Counted from the stretch's first letter, positions 8,560-17,925 are shown. The stretch is 64,000 nucleotides of DNA from Bacteroidota bacterium (GCA_003153435.1 PLYR01000119.1:20542-84541); one strand, 5' to 3'. Numbers and translations are program-made. The notes: generated by a model not told the origin, from the sequence alone.

Positions 8560-10227
8560 ATGTACGAAAACTTTATTTACTTTACCCTCCTTAACACCAT
8601 GCCAGCAGTGATGATGAAAAGTAAATGGATGAGCGCCGAAAACGGAGTGTGCTTAATAATCATTGCTTATGCCCTCTTTTATACCCTCTTCAGTCTCTTC
8701 GGTTTTCATCTGGAGAGGATTCCAGGCGATTTAGCCGATTCACGCCTCAATAATTATCTGTTGGAGCATGGGTACCGTTTTATCAGGGGATTGGATGATT
8801 CATTCTGGAGTCCTCCTTTCAATTTTCCTGAAAAGAATATGCTGGCTTATTCCGATAATTTTATCGGACAGCTTCCTTTTTATTCAACATTTCGTTTTAT
8901 TGGATTAAACCGGGAGAGTACCTATCAGGGCTGGCTCATCTTAACTTATCTGCTTAACTTTTTTATCTGCGCCTGGGTATTATTCAGACTGGGAGCAAAC
9001 AAGCCTGCTGCATTTCTGGGGGCTTATCTTTTTGCTTTTAGTGCAGCCATACTGGATCAAAGCAACCATACACAACTCACTTCCCGGTATCCTGTTGCGC
9101 TTGCCTTCTATTTTCTGATCCGTTTGTTTCAGGAACCGCGCCACCTGTATCTGCTTTTCTTTCTGGGCTCCGTAGTGCTTCAGTTTCTGAATTCCATTTA
9201 CCTGGGCTTCCTGCTTTCGCTTTCTTTGTTTTTCTTCTCCATGGTTTACCTGATTCTTTATCGCAAGGAACTTTCTTTTGCTCCTCTTCTGAAAAAAAAG
9301 GAATTGCTTTTTGCAGGAGTTTATCTTGTTCTTTCCGGTTTGATTCTGCGATCATTCTTTGGACCCTATATGAGACATGCGCGTTCAGGTAATTTTACTC
9401 CGGCTAAACGAGATGTCTTCGAATCACTTCCGCGATGGACTTCCTATTATCCCACTTCTCCGAATATCCTTTCCTGGAAATTCCTCGCAGGAAGACCGGA
9501 TGGATTGGTGAACTGGTGGAACCATTGGATCTTTCCGGGCGGGATTGTGTATGCATGCATGCTGACCTTACTTGTTGTTCTTATATACAAGGTTTTTCGG
9601 AGAAACAAAGTCGCCTGGTCTTCCCACATCAAGCTGGCTGCCACTCTTTTCGGGGCCATGCTGCTTCTGATATTATTCACTTTTCGTTACCACAATTTCA
9701 GCCTTTATGAGTGTATTTATGTTATACCAGGATTTAATTCGATGAGAGACTTATGCAGGGTAGTCAATATTGAGTTTTTCCTTTACGCGGCTATCTCAGC
9801 CCTGATCTTTACCTGGATCGGAGAAAAGATCAGGAACGGTTTGTTTCGGGTGGGAGTGATGCTCTTGTTGTTTCTTGTGCTGATTTTTGACCAGCGCTTT
9901 GATATGAACAATGTGGGCACCTACCTCAAGTCGGATGCTATAGTGGCTTCCTCTAAATTTGCGGAGAAGGTAAAGAGGCATCCGGATTATAAAAAATATA
10001 CAGCCATTGCATATATTCCGGGAGAAATTGCACCTCAGCCTATCATTCATCTGGATGCCATGCTGGGATCCCAAGAACTGGGAATGAAGACGATAAACTC
10101 TTATACCGGAACCTGTTCTTCCTGGTATTGCGAGTTTGCAGGCAAGCACGATCTTACTAGTTTGAAAAGCTGGTTGGAACATGCCGGTCTGCCGATGGAC
10201 AGTACCCGAATTTTGCTCATTCGGTGA
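8560..10227 (+). CDS. Polytopic membrane protein, GT-C/YfhO-like glycosyltransferase candidate (true start probably 8599-8629)
   Basis: More than ten hydrophobic segments; acidic first-loop motif PGDLADSRLNNYLLEH; soluble C-terminal domain. The listed start is only 10 nt from the divergent gene, so a later ATG is more plausible. Confidence 0.6.
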   Translation: MYENFIYFTLLNTMPAVMMKSKWMSAENGVCLIIIAYALFYTLFSLFGFHLERIPGDLADSRLNNYLLEHGYRFIRGLDDSFWSPPFNFPEKNMLAYSDNFIGQLPFYSTFRFIGLNRESTYQGWLILTYLLNFFICAWVLFRLGANKPAAFLGAYLFAFSAAILDQSNHTQLTSRYPVALAFYFLIRLFQEPRHLYLLFFLGSVVLQFLNSIYLGFLLSLSLFFFSMVYLILYRKELSFAPLLKKKELLFAGVYLVLSGLILRSFFGPYMRHARSGNFTPAKRDVFESLPRWTSYYPTSPNILSWKFLAGRPDGLVNWWNHWIFPGGIVYACMLTLLVVLIYKVFRRNKVAWSSHIKLAATLFGAMLLLILFTFRYHNFSLYECIYVIPGFNSMRDLCRVVNIEFFLYAAISALIFTWIGEKIRNGLFRVGVMLLLFLVLIFDQRFDMNNVGTYLKSDAIVASSKFAEKVKRHPDYKKYTAIAYIPGEIAPQPIIHLDAMLGSQELGMKTINSYTGTCSSWYCEFAGKHDLTSLKSWLEHAGLPMDSTRILLIR

Positions 10228-10356
10228 TCAATTTAATTTCCACTGAAAATCAGTGAGATGTAAAAAGGTTACAAAAAAAGCTATCGATGCACCTAAAAAT
10301 CCACATTCATCGTCAAATAAATTTTGATCGTCGATAAACCGGTGTGTTAAGAATTG

Positions 10357-10364
10357 TATCTTTG
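10357..10364 (+). promoter_or_regulatory. Bacteroidota -7 element (TATCTTTG)
   Basis: Exact TAnnTTTG match 29 nt upstream of the ATG at 10394. Confidence 0.6.
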
Positions 10365-10393
10365 TCACTGAAAATTCCCTAAACTAAAAAATA

Positions 10394-13300
10394 ATGAAGA
10401 AAAACCTACTTACCCTCTGTATGGCTTTCATTTGCTGCATCGGACTTGCTTCGTCACGTCCTCCTGGCAATGTAAGCTTCAATGCATCCTCTACGAATGG
10501 ATGTGCACCCTTTCCTGTCACTTTTACCAATACAAGTTCCATTGGGAACTATTATAAATGGCAGTACAATGACGGTACTCCGATGGATACTACTGTAAAC
10601 ACAATGCATACCTTTAGCATCAGCGGAAATTTCAACGTAATGCTCTCGGCATTCGATACGATCGGTCATTCTATGACTTTCCTCGGATCCACTATGATGA
10701 ATATCAATGTAAACGGTCTTGGTCTGAATACCTCGGCTGATACACTCTGTCCTGGTGAGACACTTTCTGCCTCTACCTGGGGAGGGAATGGGAACAATTA
10801 CTCCTGGTCATTTGGTGACGGGACGACTTCCACTCAATCCTATAACGCTAATCATACTTATACCACCCCAGGTGTAGATACTCTGAAATTAAGTGTACAA
10901 AATGGATGTGGAGGAACTCAGCTTATTGTTAGGGTGGTGGTCGTCAAGATCAATGCCAATCCAAGTGCACATTTTAATACCTCTTTGGGAGGGAATAATA
11001 ATATGGTCTGTCCCAATGATATGGTCCAGTTTTACCCAAGAAATTCCAATGCATCCACTTATTCCTGGGACTTCGGTGATGGAAACAATTCCACTCAGAG
11101 TCAACCTTCACACACCTACAGCACCACCGGGAAATTTGCAGTGACACTGACATTGACCAGCACTTGTGGTACCTCCTCTATGTGGACGGATACCGTTAGA
11201 GTAAACGGAGGAATTCATTTTAGCAGCGGTTCAAATATCTCCTCCTCTGCCAACCAGCTTTGTCCGCATGACCAAATAAGTCTAAACTACTATGGCAATA
11301 CCCCAAATTCACTTACCTGGAAGTTCGGCACCACAGATTCAGTAACCGGTACTCAAAGTACTAGTTATTCATGGACTACTGCCGGAACCTACACCGTGAC
11401 CCTTCATCTTCATAACGGTTGTAATAATGACACTACCCTAAGCAAAGTGGTGATGGTTAAGACGAACCTTCCGTATAGTGGAAATGTGCAAACTCAAATC
11501 TATCCGAACCCTGCCTGCCCGAATGAATTTGTTTCTTTCAGAAGCAATCAGGCTAGCTCCTACGAATGGTATTTCGGGGATGCAGCACATGACTCCTCAA
11601 ATATGGCTATGCCGAACTTTGCCTATACTGCATTGGGAACCTATACTGTAAATCTCAAATTATATAACGGATGCGGAAGAGACACTATCGTCTCCAATAC
11701 ATTGACCATCGATAATACCTCTTTTCCTTTCCTGATGGCAGGTAATGGCAATAACAACAACTGGGGCTCGACCACCACTGCTACTTGCCCTGGTGATACT
11801 GCCCTGTTTTACGCAGCTGCACAGGGAACCATGAATTGGAATTTTGGAGACGGAACCACCGCAATTGGAGGTACCCCTTTCAATACCGGAAATGGTGTTG
11901 CCTATCTTATTAAACATGCTTTTACTACTCTGGGAACCTTCTGGGTTAAACTGAAAGTAACCAATACCTGTGGAAACAGTGCTGTGGATTCGCTTCAATA
12001 TACTGTTGGTAACAGTCAGCCGGTAGTTGGTTCCCTGAATATCCTAGGTGATAACCAAAACAACAATACCAATTCTGCAAATACTTGTCAGAAGATGCTC
12101 TTTATCGGTGGGGGAGGTTCTACCTATAAATGGTTCTTTGGAAATGGAGACTCCATTATTACCCATTCCACTTCTGCACCATACGGCTACCCCAAGGCGG
12201 GAAATTATACCATCACTCTTAAAGTGATTAACGGTTGTGGTAATACCGCCACTTACACCAAGCAGATTCAGATCTATGGAATTATGCCATCGTCTGTACC
12301 TACTAATCTGATGTGTAATATGGCCAACAATGGTATGATTGTGACCAACGCATCAGGTGGTTATCCTTCTTATAACTACTCCCTTGACGGAGGTACTTAT
12401 CAGTTATCGAATACATTCAGTAATCTGGCAGCCGGCACTTATACCGTATCTATCCGCGATTCACTGGGATGTATGGTTTCAACAGTAAGTACCATCTCCG
12501 AACCAACTGCTCTAGCAATCACACCCGGTTCTGTAAGTTCGACCTGCGGAAACTCCGACGGTACGGCTTCTGTTACGGTTAGCGGCGGAACCCCTGCTTA
12601 TACTTATTCATGGACAGGTGGAGGAACAACATCCTCTATTGTTGGTAAGCCTGCAGGATCATACGCGGTAAAGGTGACTGATATGAACGGTTGTGTGGAT
12701 AATACATCCATTGTGATCAATGATGTAGGCGGACCGGTGGTTACTTATACGGGTTCACTTCCATCGAATTGTATCAGCGTTTCTAGTTATGCACTGAGCG
12801 GTGGTTCACCTGCGGGAGGAACTTATTCCGGTTTAGGTGTTTCAGGGGGAGCTTTCTTTAACCCTGCAGCTGCCGGCGCCGGAACACATACAATTGTTTA
12901 TACCTATACAAGCGGAGGATGTACCAGTTCAGCCTCTAATATGATTACAGTAAATGCATTGCCGCACGTTACCGCAGGAAGTACACCTGCTAACGGGGAA
13001 GTATGTACAGGAGGTTCCGTGACACTTACAGGAGGAGGAGCTTCAACCTATTCCTGGTCCGGTGGTAAGACTGATGGTGTTGCATTTGTCCCAGGAGGAA
13101 GCCTTACTTATACCGTAACGGGTACTGATGCAAACAACTGTACCGCTACTGCAACAGTTGCAATTGTGGTGAATCCATACCCGGTTGTTACACTGAGCTT
13201 TACCGGTAGCGATACTATAGGCGATTGTGCTTCTAACTTTACACTCAATCAGGGTACTCCTGCAGGAGGAACCTATAGCGGACCAGGTGTTGTTGGTAAT

Positions 13301-13669
13301 ATCTTCCAACCTTCTTCCACAGGAGACGGAACATTTACCATTACCTACAGCTATACCAATGGTTCCGGATGTATGGCTTCAAACAGCGCCGCCATCCATG
13401 TTCTTCCTTGCCCACTGGTAGTTACCGAGCTCAGCAAAGTAAACATCAGGATTTACCCGAACCCAAGCAACGGTCTGATCAATGTAGAAACTGCAGATCA
13501 AAATGGAACGATTCAGGTATATAATGCTATGGGCCAAATTGTTTACGCAGAGAAGATTACCCGTACTTCTACTATCATCAATCTCCAGTCACAGCCAGCC
13601 GGAATGTATCTGGTGAAGCTTGAAGGATCTGAAGGTGTTGCGGTGCAGCGAATACTGATCAATAAATAA
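10394..13669 (+). CDS. T9SS-secreted PKD/SprB-repeat adhesin-like protein
   Basis: Seven PKD-like repeats (YxWxFGDG...HTY...G.Y.V.L), two SprB-like repeats (SGGTPAYTYSW), Ig-like units, type A CTD (IYPNPSNG...GMYLVKL). Confidence 0.85.
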   Translation: MKKNLLTLCMAFICCIGLASSRPPGNVSFNASSTNGCAPFPVTFTNTSSIGNYYKWQYNDGTPMDTTVNTMHTFSISGNFNVMLSAFDTIGHSMTFLGSTMMNINVNGLGLNTSADTLCPGETLSASTWGGNGNNYSWSFGDGTTSTQSYNANHTYTTPGVDTLKLSVQNGCGGTQLIVRVVVVKINANPSAHFNTSLGGNNNMVCPNDMVQFYPRNSNASTYSWDFGDGNNSTQSQPSHTYSTTGKFAVTLTLTSTCGTSSMWTDTVRVNGGIHFSSGSNISSSANQLCPHDQISLNYYGNTPNSLTWKFGTTDSVTGTQSTSYSWTTAGTYTVTLHLHNGCNNDTTLSKVVMVKTNLPYSGNVQTQIYPNPACPNEFVSFRSNQASSYEWYFGDAAHDSSNMAMPNFAYTALGTYTVNLKLYNGCGRDTIVSNTLTIDNTSFPFLMAGNGNNNNWGSTTTATCPGDTALFYAAAQGTMNWNFGDGTTAIGGTPFNTGNGVAYLIKHAFTTLGTFWVKLKVTNTCGNSAVDSLQYTVGNSQPVVGSLNILGDNQNNNTNSANTCQKMLFIGGGGSTYKWFFGNGDSIITHSTSAPYGYPKAGNYTITLKVINGCGNTATYTKQIQIYGIMPSSVPTNLMCNMANNGMIVTNASGGYPSYNYSLDGGTYQLSNTFSNLAAGTYTVSIRDSLGCMVSTVSTISEPTALAITPGSVSSTCGNSDGTASVTVSGGTPAYTYSWTGGGTTSSIVGKPAGSYAVKVTDMNGCVDNTSIVINDVGGPVVTYTGSLPSNCISVSSYALSGGSPAGGTYSGLGVSGGAFFNPAAAGAGTHTIVYTYTSGGCTSSASNMITVNALPHVTAGSTPANGEVCTGGSVTLTGGGASTYSWSGGKTDGVAFVPGGSLTYTVTGTDANNCTATATVAIVVNPYPVVTLSFTGSDTIGDCASNFTLNQGTPAGGTYSGPGVVGNIFQPSSTGDGTFTITYSYTNGSGCMASNSAAIHVLPCPLVVTELSKVNIRIYPNPSNGLINVETADQNGTIQVYNAMGQIVYAEKITRTSTIINLQSQPAGMYLVKLEGSEGVAVQRILINK

Positions 13670-13686
13670 GCATAAGCTTCCAATTT

Positions 13687-13720
13687 AAAAAGCCCTGAAC
13701 AATATTGTTCAGGGCTTTTT
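13687..13720. terminator. Bidirectional intrinsic terminator
   Basis: Perfect 34-bp palindrome AAAAAGCCCTGAACAATATTGTTCAGGGCTTTTT between convergent genes. Confidence 0.85.
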
Positions 13721-13775
13721 ATTTATCCCAAGTGGATGCTGAGACTTTGCTCTCCAGAGCAAGGACGTTAGAGGA

Positions 13776-15257
13776 TTATCGTATCGCAATCTTCTGAACA
13801 AATTGTTTGTCTTCTGTGGTGAGGGTTATAAGATAAATCCCGTTGATCAGCCTGGAAGGAAGAACATAAAGATTACTTTGTATAGCTCCGCTTTCAGAAA
13901 CAACTTGTCCGAGCATGTTTAGAACGCGTATAGATTTTACCTGAGCTGGATTAATATTTATAAGTGAAAGGCTATTGTTACCGGCATTATAGGATATGCT
14001 TCCAGTAGCCTCCTTTAGCACATCTATCACAGCCGCAATTCCTACACTTACAAGGAGCTTTGCAGCATCCAGTTCACATCCCCCGGTAACGGTTTCTGTA
14101 ACCTGGACCAGTCCCCCGCGAGTTGAAAAATTAACAGTAATCGAATGACTTCCCTGCCCGCTGACAATGGTGCATCCAGGTGGCACCGACCAGGAATAAG
14201 TAGATCCTGCTGTTGCAGGAACGGAATAGATCTGGTTTGTTGCACCGATGGTCACATTAATAGGCCCGGTAATTGTGTAAGGAAAGGTGCTGATGAGATT
14301 AAAAAAATCAGCAGCCCAATACGTGGAATGAAAGTTAACTTCCTTCACCGCATAAGTTCCTGTGGCACCTCCCTGACGGGGGCAGGCTCCTGTATCTACC
14401 GCGATGGCATGACCCATACCGGTAATCTTATAGAAATAAACTATAGGATTGGAGGAGCTGTCATTATAGATATTCAACTGAATATTAGTATTGCCCTGGA
14501 ATGAATTATTTACGGAATCAACAGTTTGATCCCCATGATCGAGGTTGGTCCATTGTTTTATGAGTTCAGTTGCATTATTGATATTGACGGTCGGGTCTAA
14601 CGTCCCATGAAAAATAGCCAGGTGTGGATAAGGGTTTGAATAACCCGGGTTCTGTGCTCTGACCAGAGCACCCCATTGTGCAGGAGTCATGGTAATGCCC
14701 GGATTCATGGCCGTGGATGCTGTAAAGATACTGGTGGAAGCCTTGTATGGAAGTCCCGACATGATGGCTCCGGCATGAATGATGTCGGGATAGGCAGCCA
14801 TCATCACGGAAGTCATTCCAGCCCCGGCAGAAATCCCGGTTGCATAAATGGCAGAAGGATCGATCGTGTAGTTGGTTTTCATATAGTCCACCATTTGTTT
14901 TATAGAAAGAGCCTCTCCGACGCCGCGGTTCACATCGGTGGTATCAAACCAGTTAAAGCAGAGACCGCTGTTATTTGCGGATACTTGTTCGGGATAGATT
15001 ACATAAAACTTATGCAAGTCGGCCAGCTTGTTCCATCCGGTTTGAGCAGCAAACTGAGCCGCTGTTTCCGTACATCCATGCATGGCAATGACCAGGGGTG
15101 CTGCACCGGTTATACCTGCCGGTACATATTTATACATGTTCAAAGCACCAGGATTGCTACCGAAGGTAGTCACCGGCACAATGGTTTGCGCCCGAAGGGT
15201 TAATGCGTTTAAGAGCAGTACCGCCAAGACGGTACAGATAGAGGAAGAGTGTTTCAT
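13776..15257 (-). CDS. Secreted PHB-depolymerase-family (LpqC-like) esterase with PKD-like domain and T9SS CTD
   Basis: GSNPGALNMYKYVP, oxyanion MHGC, CFNWF, lipase box GISAG, HGTLD acid, GMGH histidine; divergent type A CTD (NMLGQ...GIYLITL...QKIAIR). Confidence 0.85.
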   Translation of the reverse strand: MKHSSSICTVLAVLLLNALTLRAQTIVPVTTFGSNPGALNMYKYVPAGITGAAPLVIAMHGCTETAAQFAAQTGWNKLADLHKFYVIYPEQVSANNSGLCFNWFDTTDVNRGVGEALSIKQMVDYMKTNYTIDPSAIYATGISAGAGMTSVMMAAYPDIIHAGAIMSGLPYKASTSIFTASTAMNPGITMTPAQWGALVRAQNPGYSNPYPHLAIFHGTLDPTVNINNATELIKQWTNLDHGDQTVDSVNNSFQGNTNIQLNIYNDSSSNPIVYFYKITGMGHAIAVDTGACPRQGGATGTYAVKEVNFHSTYWAADFFNLISTFPYTITGPINVTIGATNQIYSVPATAGSTYSWSVPPGCTIVSGQGSHSITVNFSTRGGLVQVTETVTGGCELDAAKLLVSVGIAAVIDVLKEATGSISYNAGNNSLSLININPAQVKSIRVLNMLGQVVSESGAIQSNLYVLPSRLINGIYLITLTTEDKQFVQKIAIR

Positions 15258-15289
15258 GAAGGGTCTGAAATTAGGTTTCGAAAGGTAGC

Positions 15290-17209
15290 CTATTTTAAGG
15301 TCTCCCCAAGCCAGTTGTAGAATTCATACTGCCAGACCAAGGCATCCTGATCTTTCAGCACCCAGTGATTCTCGTTCGGAAAATAGAGCATCTTACTCTT
15401 GATGCCTTGCAGCTGAGCCGCCTGAAAAGCTCCAAGCCCTTGCTCAATAGGAACACGGTAGTCTTTTCCTCCCTGGATGATCAGGATCGGAGTGTCCCAT
15501 TTCTTCACAAAATTAACCGGATTGAATTCGTTGTATGACTTCTGAGCGGAGACATTGTCTTTATCCCAGTAAGGGCCACCCAGATCGGTATTCACAAACC
15601 ACATCTCTTCTGTGGTACCGTACATACTTCTCCAATCGAAGATCCCGTCGTGTGCAATGAAGGTCTTAAAACGTTTTTCATGGATTCCTGCCAGGAAGTA
15701 AACGGAATATCCTCCATAACTGGCTCCGACACATCCTCTCCGGTCTTTGTCGACATAAGGTTCTTTTGAAATTTCATCAATGGAGATGAGGTAATCTTTC
15801 ATGTTCTGTCCTCCGTAATCTCTGCTGATTTGTTCATTCCATTTCACTCCATGGCCCGGCATACCACGGCGGTTCGGGGCCACAACAATATAGCCTTTGG
15901 ATGCCATGAGCTGAAAATTCCAGCGATAAGAATAGAACTGGGTGAGTGGACTCTGAGGTCCGCCCTGGCAATAGAGTAGGGTAGGGTATTTCTTGGTGGC
16001 ATCAAAGCCCGGAGGGAGTATGACCCAAACGAGCATCTTTTGTCCGTCGGTTGCAGTGACAAACCGTTTCTCAACTTTAGGAAGAACAATTGATTTGTAG
16101 AGTTCGTCATTCACATGGGTGATCTGTTTTAGGACTCCGTTTGCAGGATCCAATGTGCAGATTTCAGGGGCATGATTCATGTCCGTTCTTTCCACGATCA
16201 GCTCATTTCCGGCTTGCCCAACCAGGTTGTGAATGTCATAATCTCCTTTAGTGATTTGCTTTACAACGGCTGTCTCCTTAACTGTCGCCGGATAATTAAC
16301 TTCCAGCAACTGAACAACCCCGTCTACTGCAGCAGTAAAATAGATTTTCTTCCCGTCGAGGCTCCATTTGTAATCGTTGACAGTGCCGTCCCAGTCTTTC
16401 GTGAGGTTGATTCGGGAAGATCCGTTCATGACAAAAATATCATTCTTATCGGCTTCGTATCCGTCGGTCTTCATGCTGAGCCATGCTAATGTTCCGGAAG
16501 GGGAAAAAGCAGGTTTCATATCATAACCTTCCATGCCGCTTGTGAGGTTGGTAGTTTTTTTACCCTCGATTTCATAAGAAAAAATGTCTGTATTGGTGCT
16601 GAGTGCATAGTCTTTCCCGTATTTCTTCTTGGTTACATAGAGAATCTCTTTTCCATTGGGGTTCCAGATAAAATCCTCGTCACCTCCGTAAGGTTTTTGC
16701 GGGCAATCATAAGGCTCATTCGGCATGAGGTCGAGACTGTCGGTTACCTTTTTACCACTGAGGGTATTCAGGAATACATGCCCGAATTCTCCGTCTTCCC
16801 AGGTATCCCAGTGCCGGTAGTTCAGATTATCATAGATCATGACATCCGATTTTTGCAGATTCGGATAATAATCTTTTCCATAGATTTTTTTTACTTTGAT
16901 ATCATTGCTGCTGATGCTGTGTTTGCCGTCCTTGGAGATACGATCATTGGGAACGAGATCTTCCACTGACTTGACTTCCACCGCTGAGCCTCCTGCAACC
17001 GGAACAGAGTAGAATTTTTTAGTGGACTTATCTTCCGCGATGTTGTAGGTCTTTACTGCATAGATCACTGATTTTCCGTCTTTGGAAATGCCCACCGAAC
17101 TAAGTTTCCCGACTTGCATAAGCATTTCAGGAGTCATCACCTGCTGGGCATGAGCAGTAAATAGAAAGGCTAGAAGAGCGGTGCCGGTTAGTACATTTTT
17201 CATCATCAT
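15290..17209 (-). CDS. S9 family serine peptidase (DPP5/acylaminoacyl-peptidase-like)
   Basis: Signal peptide, propeller region, QGGPQ, catalytic GASYGG / GGKDYRV / ENHWV. Confidence 0.93.
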   Translation of the reverse strand: MMMKNVLTGTALLAFLFTAHAQQVMTPEMLMQVGKLSSVGISKDGKSVIYAVKTYNIAEDKSTKKFYSVPVAGGSAVEVKSVEDLVPNDRISKDGKHSISSNDIKVKKIYGKDYYPNLQKSDVMIYDNLNYRHWDTWEDGEFGHVFLNTLSGKKVTDSLDLMPNEPYDCPQKPYGGDEDFIWNPNGKEILYVTKKKYGKDYALSTNTDIFSYEIEGKKTTNLTSGMEGYDMKPAFSPSGTLAWLSMKTDGYEADKNDIFVMNGSSRINLTKDWDGTVNDYKWSLDGKKIYFTAAVDGVVQLLEVNYPATVKETAVVKQITKGDYDIHNLVGQAGNELIVERTDMNHAPEICTLDPANGVLKQITHVNDELYKSIVLPKVEKRFVTATDGQKMLVWVILPPGFDATKKYPTLLYCQGGPQSPLTQFYSYRWNFQLMASKGYIVVAPNRRGMPGHGVKWNEQISRDYGGQNMKDYLISIDEISKEPYVDKDRRGCVGASYGGYSVYFLAGIHEKRFKTFIAHDGIFDWRSMYGTTEEMWFVNTDLGGPYWDKDNVSAQKSYNEFNPVNFVKKWDTPILIIQGGKDYRVPIEQGLGAFQAAQLQGIKSKMLYFPNENHWVLKDQDALVWQYEFYNWLGETLK

Positions 17210-17455
17210 GTTTTGTATTTCGTTCTGATTGATAAGCCCATACGGGCAGAAAGTCTTCTCTAACTATAAAAGCTTGACGAATTTAAGGGTTTTGTTGAAT
17301 ATGGAAAGGGAAATCTGGACAATGACGATTAATGCTGGTTTTCAGTCATTAAAGTGGATGGAATTGCCGTTGAAATGGCCTGGAATTATTCCTTTTTCTC
17401 CGGGAATGAGGGGTATTTTTCAGATGTAGGTCGTAATATGCTTTTGTACTCTAGT

Positions 17456-17696
17456 ACAAGAGTGTTGTTCTAGAGTACAAGAGTGTTGTTTTAAAGAACA
17501 AGAGTGTTGTTCTAGAGTAAAAGAGTGTTGTTTTAAAGAACAAGGGTGTTGTTCTAAAGAACAAGAGTGTTGTTTTAAAGAACAAGAGTGTTGTTTTAAA
17601 GGACAAGAGTGTTATTCTAAAGAACAAGGGTGTTGTTCTGAAGTACAAGAGTGTTGTTCTAAAGAACAAGGGTGTTGTTCTAGAATGCAAGAGTGT
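17456..17696. repeat. Tandem array of 21-bp units (11 full + 1 partial), consensus ACAAGAGTGTTGTTCTAAAGA
   Basis: Unit-by-unit parsing; units start at 17456 + 21n; no spacers; recurrent variation at unit positions 6, 15, 18, 21. Confidence 0.97.
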
Positions 17697-17925
17697 AATA
17701 CGATCGAACTAGAGAGAGACTTAGTTAGAGGAGTTTTGTATTATGGTAAAGCCCTTTTATGCTGATTTAAAGGTGATTAGGTAATTAGAAGAGTTTCTGA
17801 TTACCTATCCCGAGCCAACAGAGAACCAGTATATTCATCTTTATATTATTTTATGTTATTGAAAAAAAGAAACGTAGATTTACCGGAAGCACGAGAATCT
17901 TCCCTTCTTGTAAAACACATCAAAG

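Noticed and set aside
17229-17429. 66-aa ORF
   Set aside because: Overlaps the promoter region of the S9 peptidase and has no recognisable motif.
17451-17690. 79-aa minus-strand ORF of (R/K)TTLLFF repeats as a real gene
   Set aside because: It is a by-product of the DNA repeat; recurrent substitutions hit second codon positions (non-synonymous), and it has no flanking non-repeat domain.
17456-17696. CRISPR array
   Set aside because: Units are contiguous with no unique spacers, 21 bp is short for a CRISPR repeat, and no cas genes are in the window.
17430-17765. Metallothionein-like + strand frame (QECCSKE repeats)
   Set aside because: The frame is open but has no ATG/GTG/TTG start ahead of the repeats after the TAG at 17427-17429, and variation is at second codon positions. 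Fusion to the 17229 ORF by readthrough gives no protein-like sequence.
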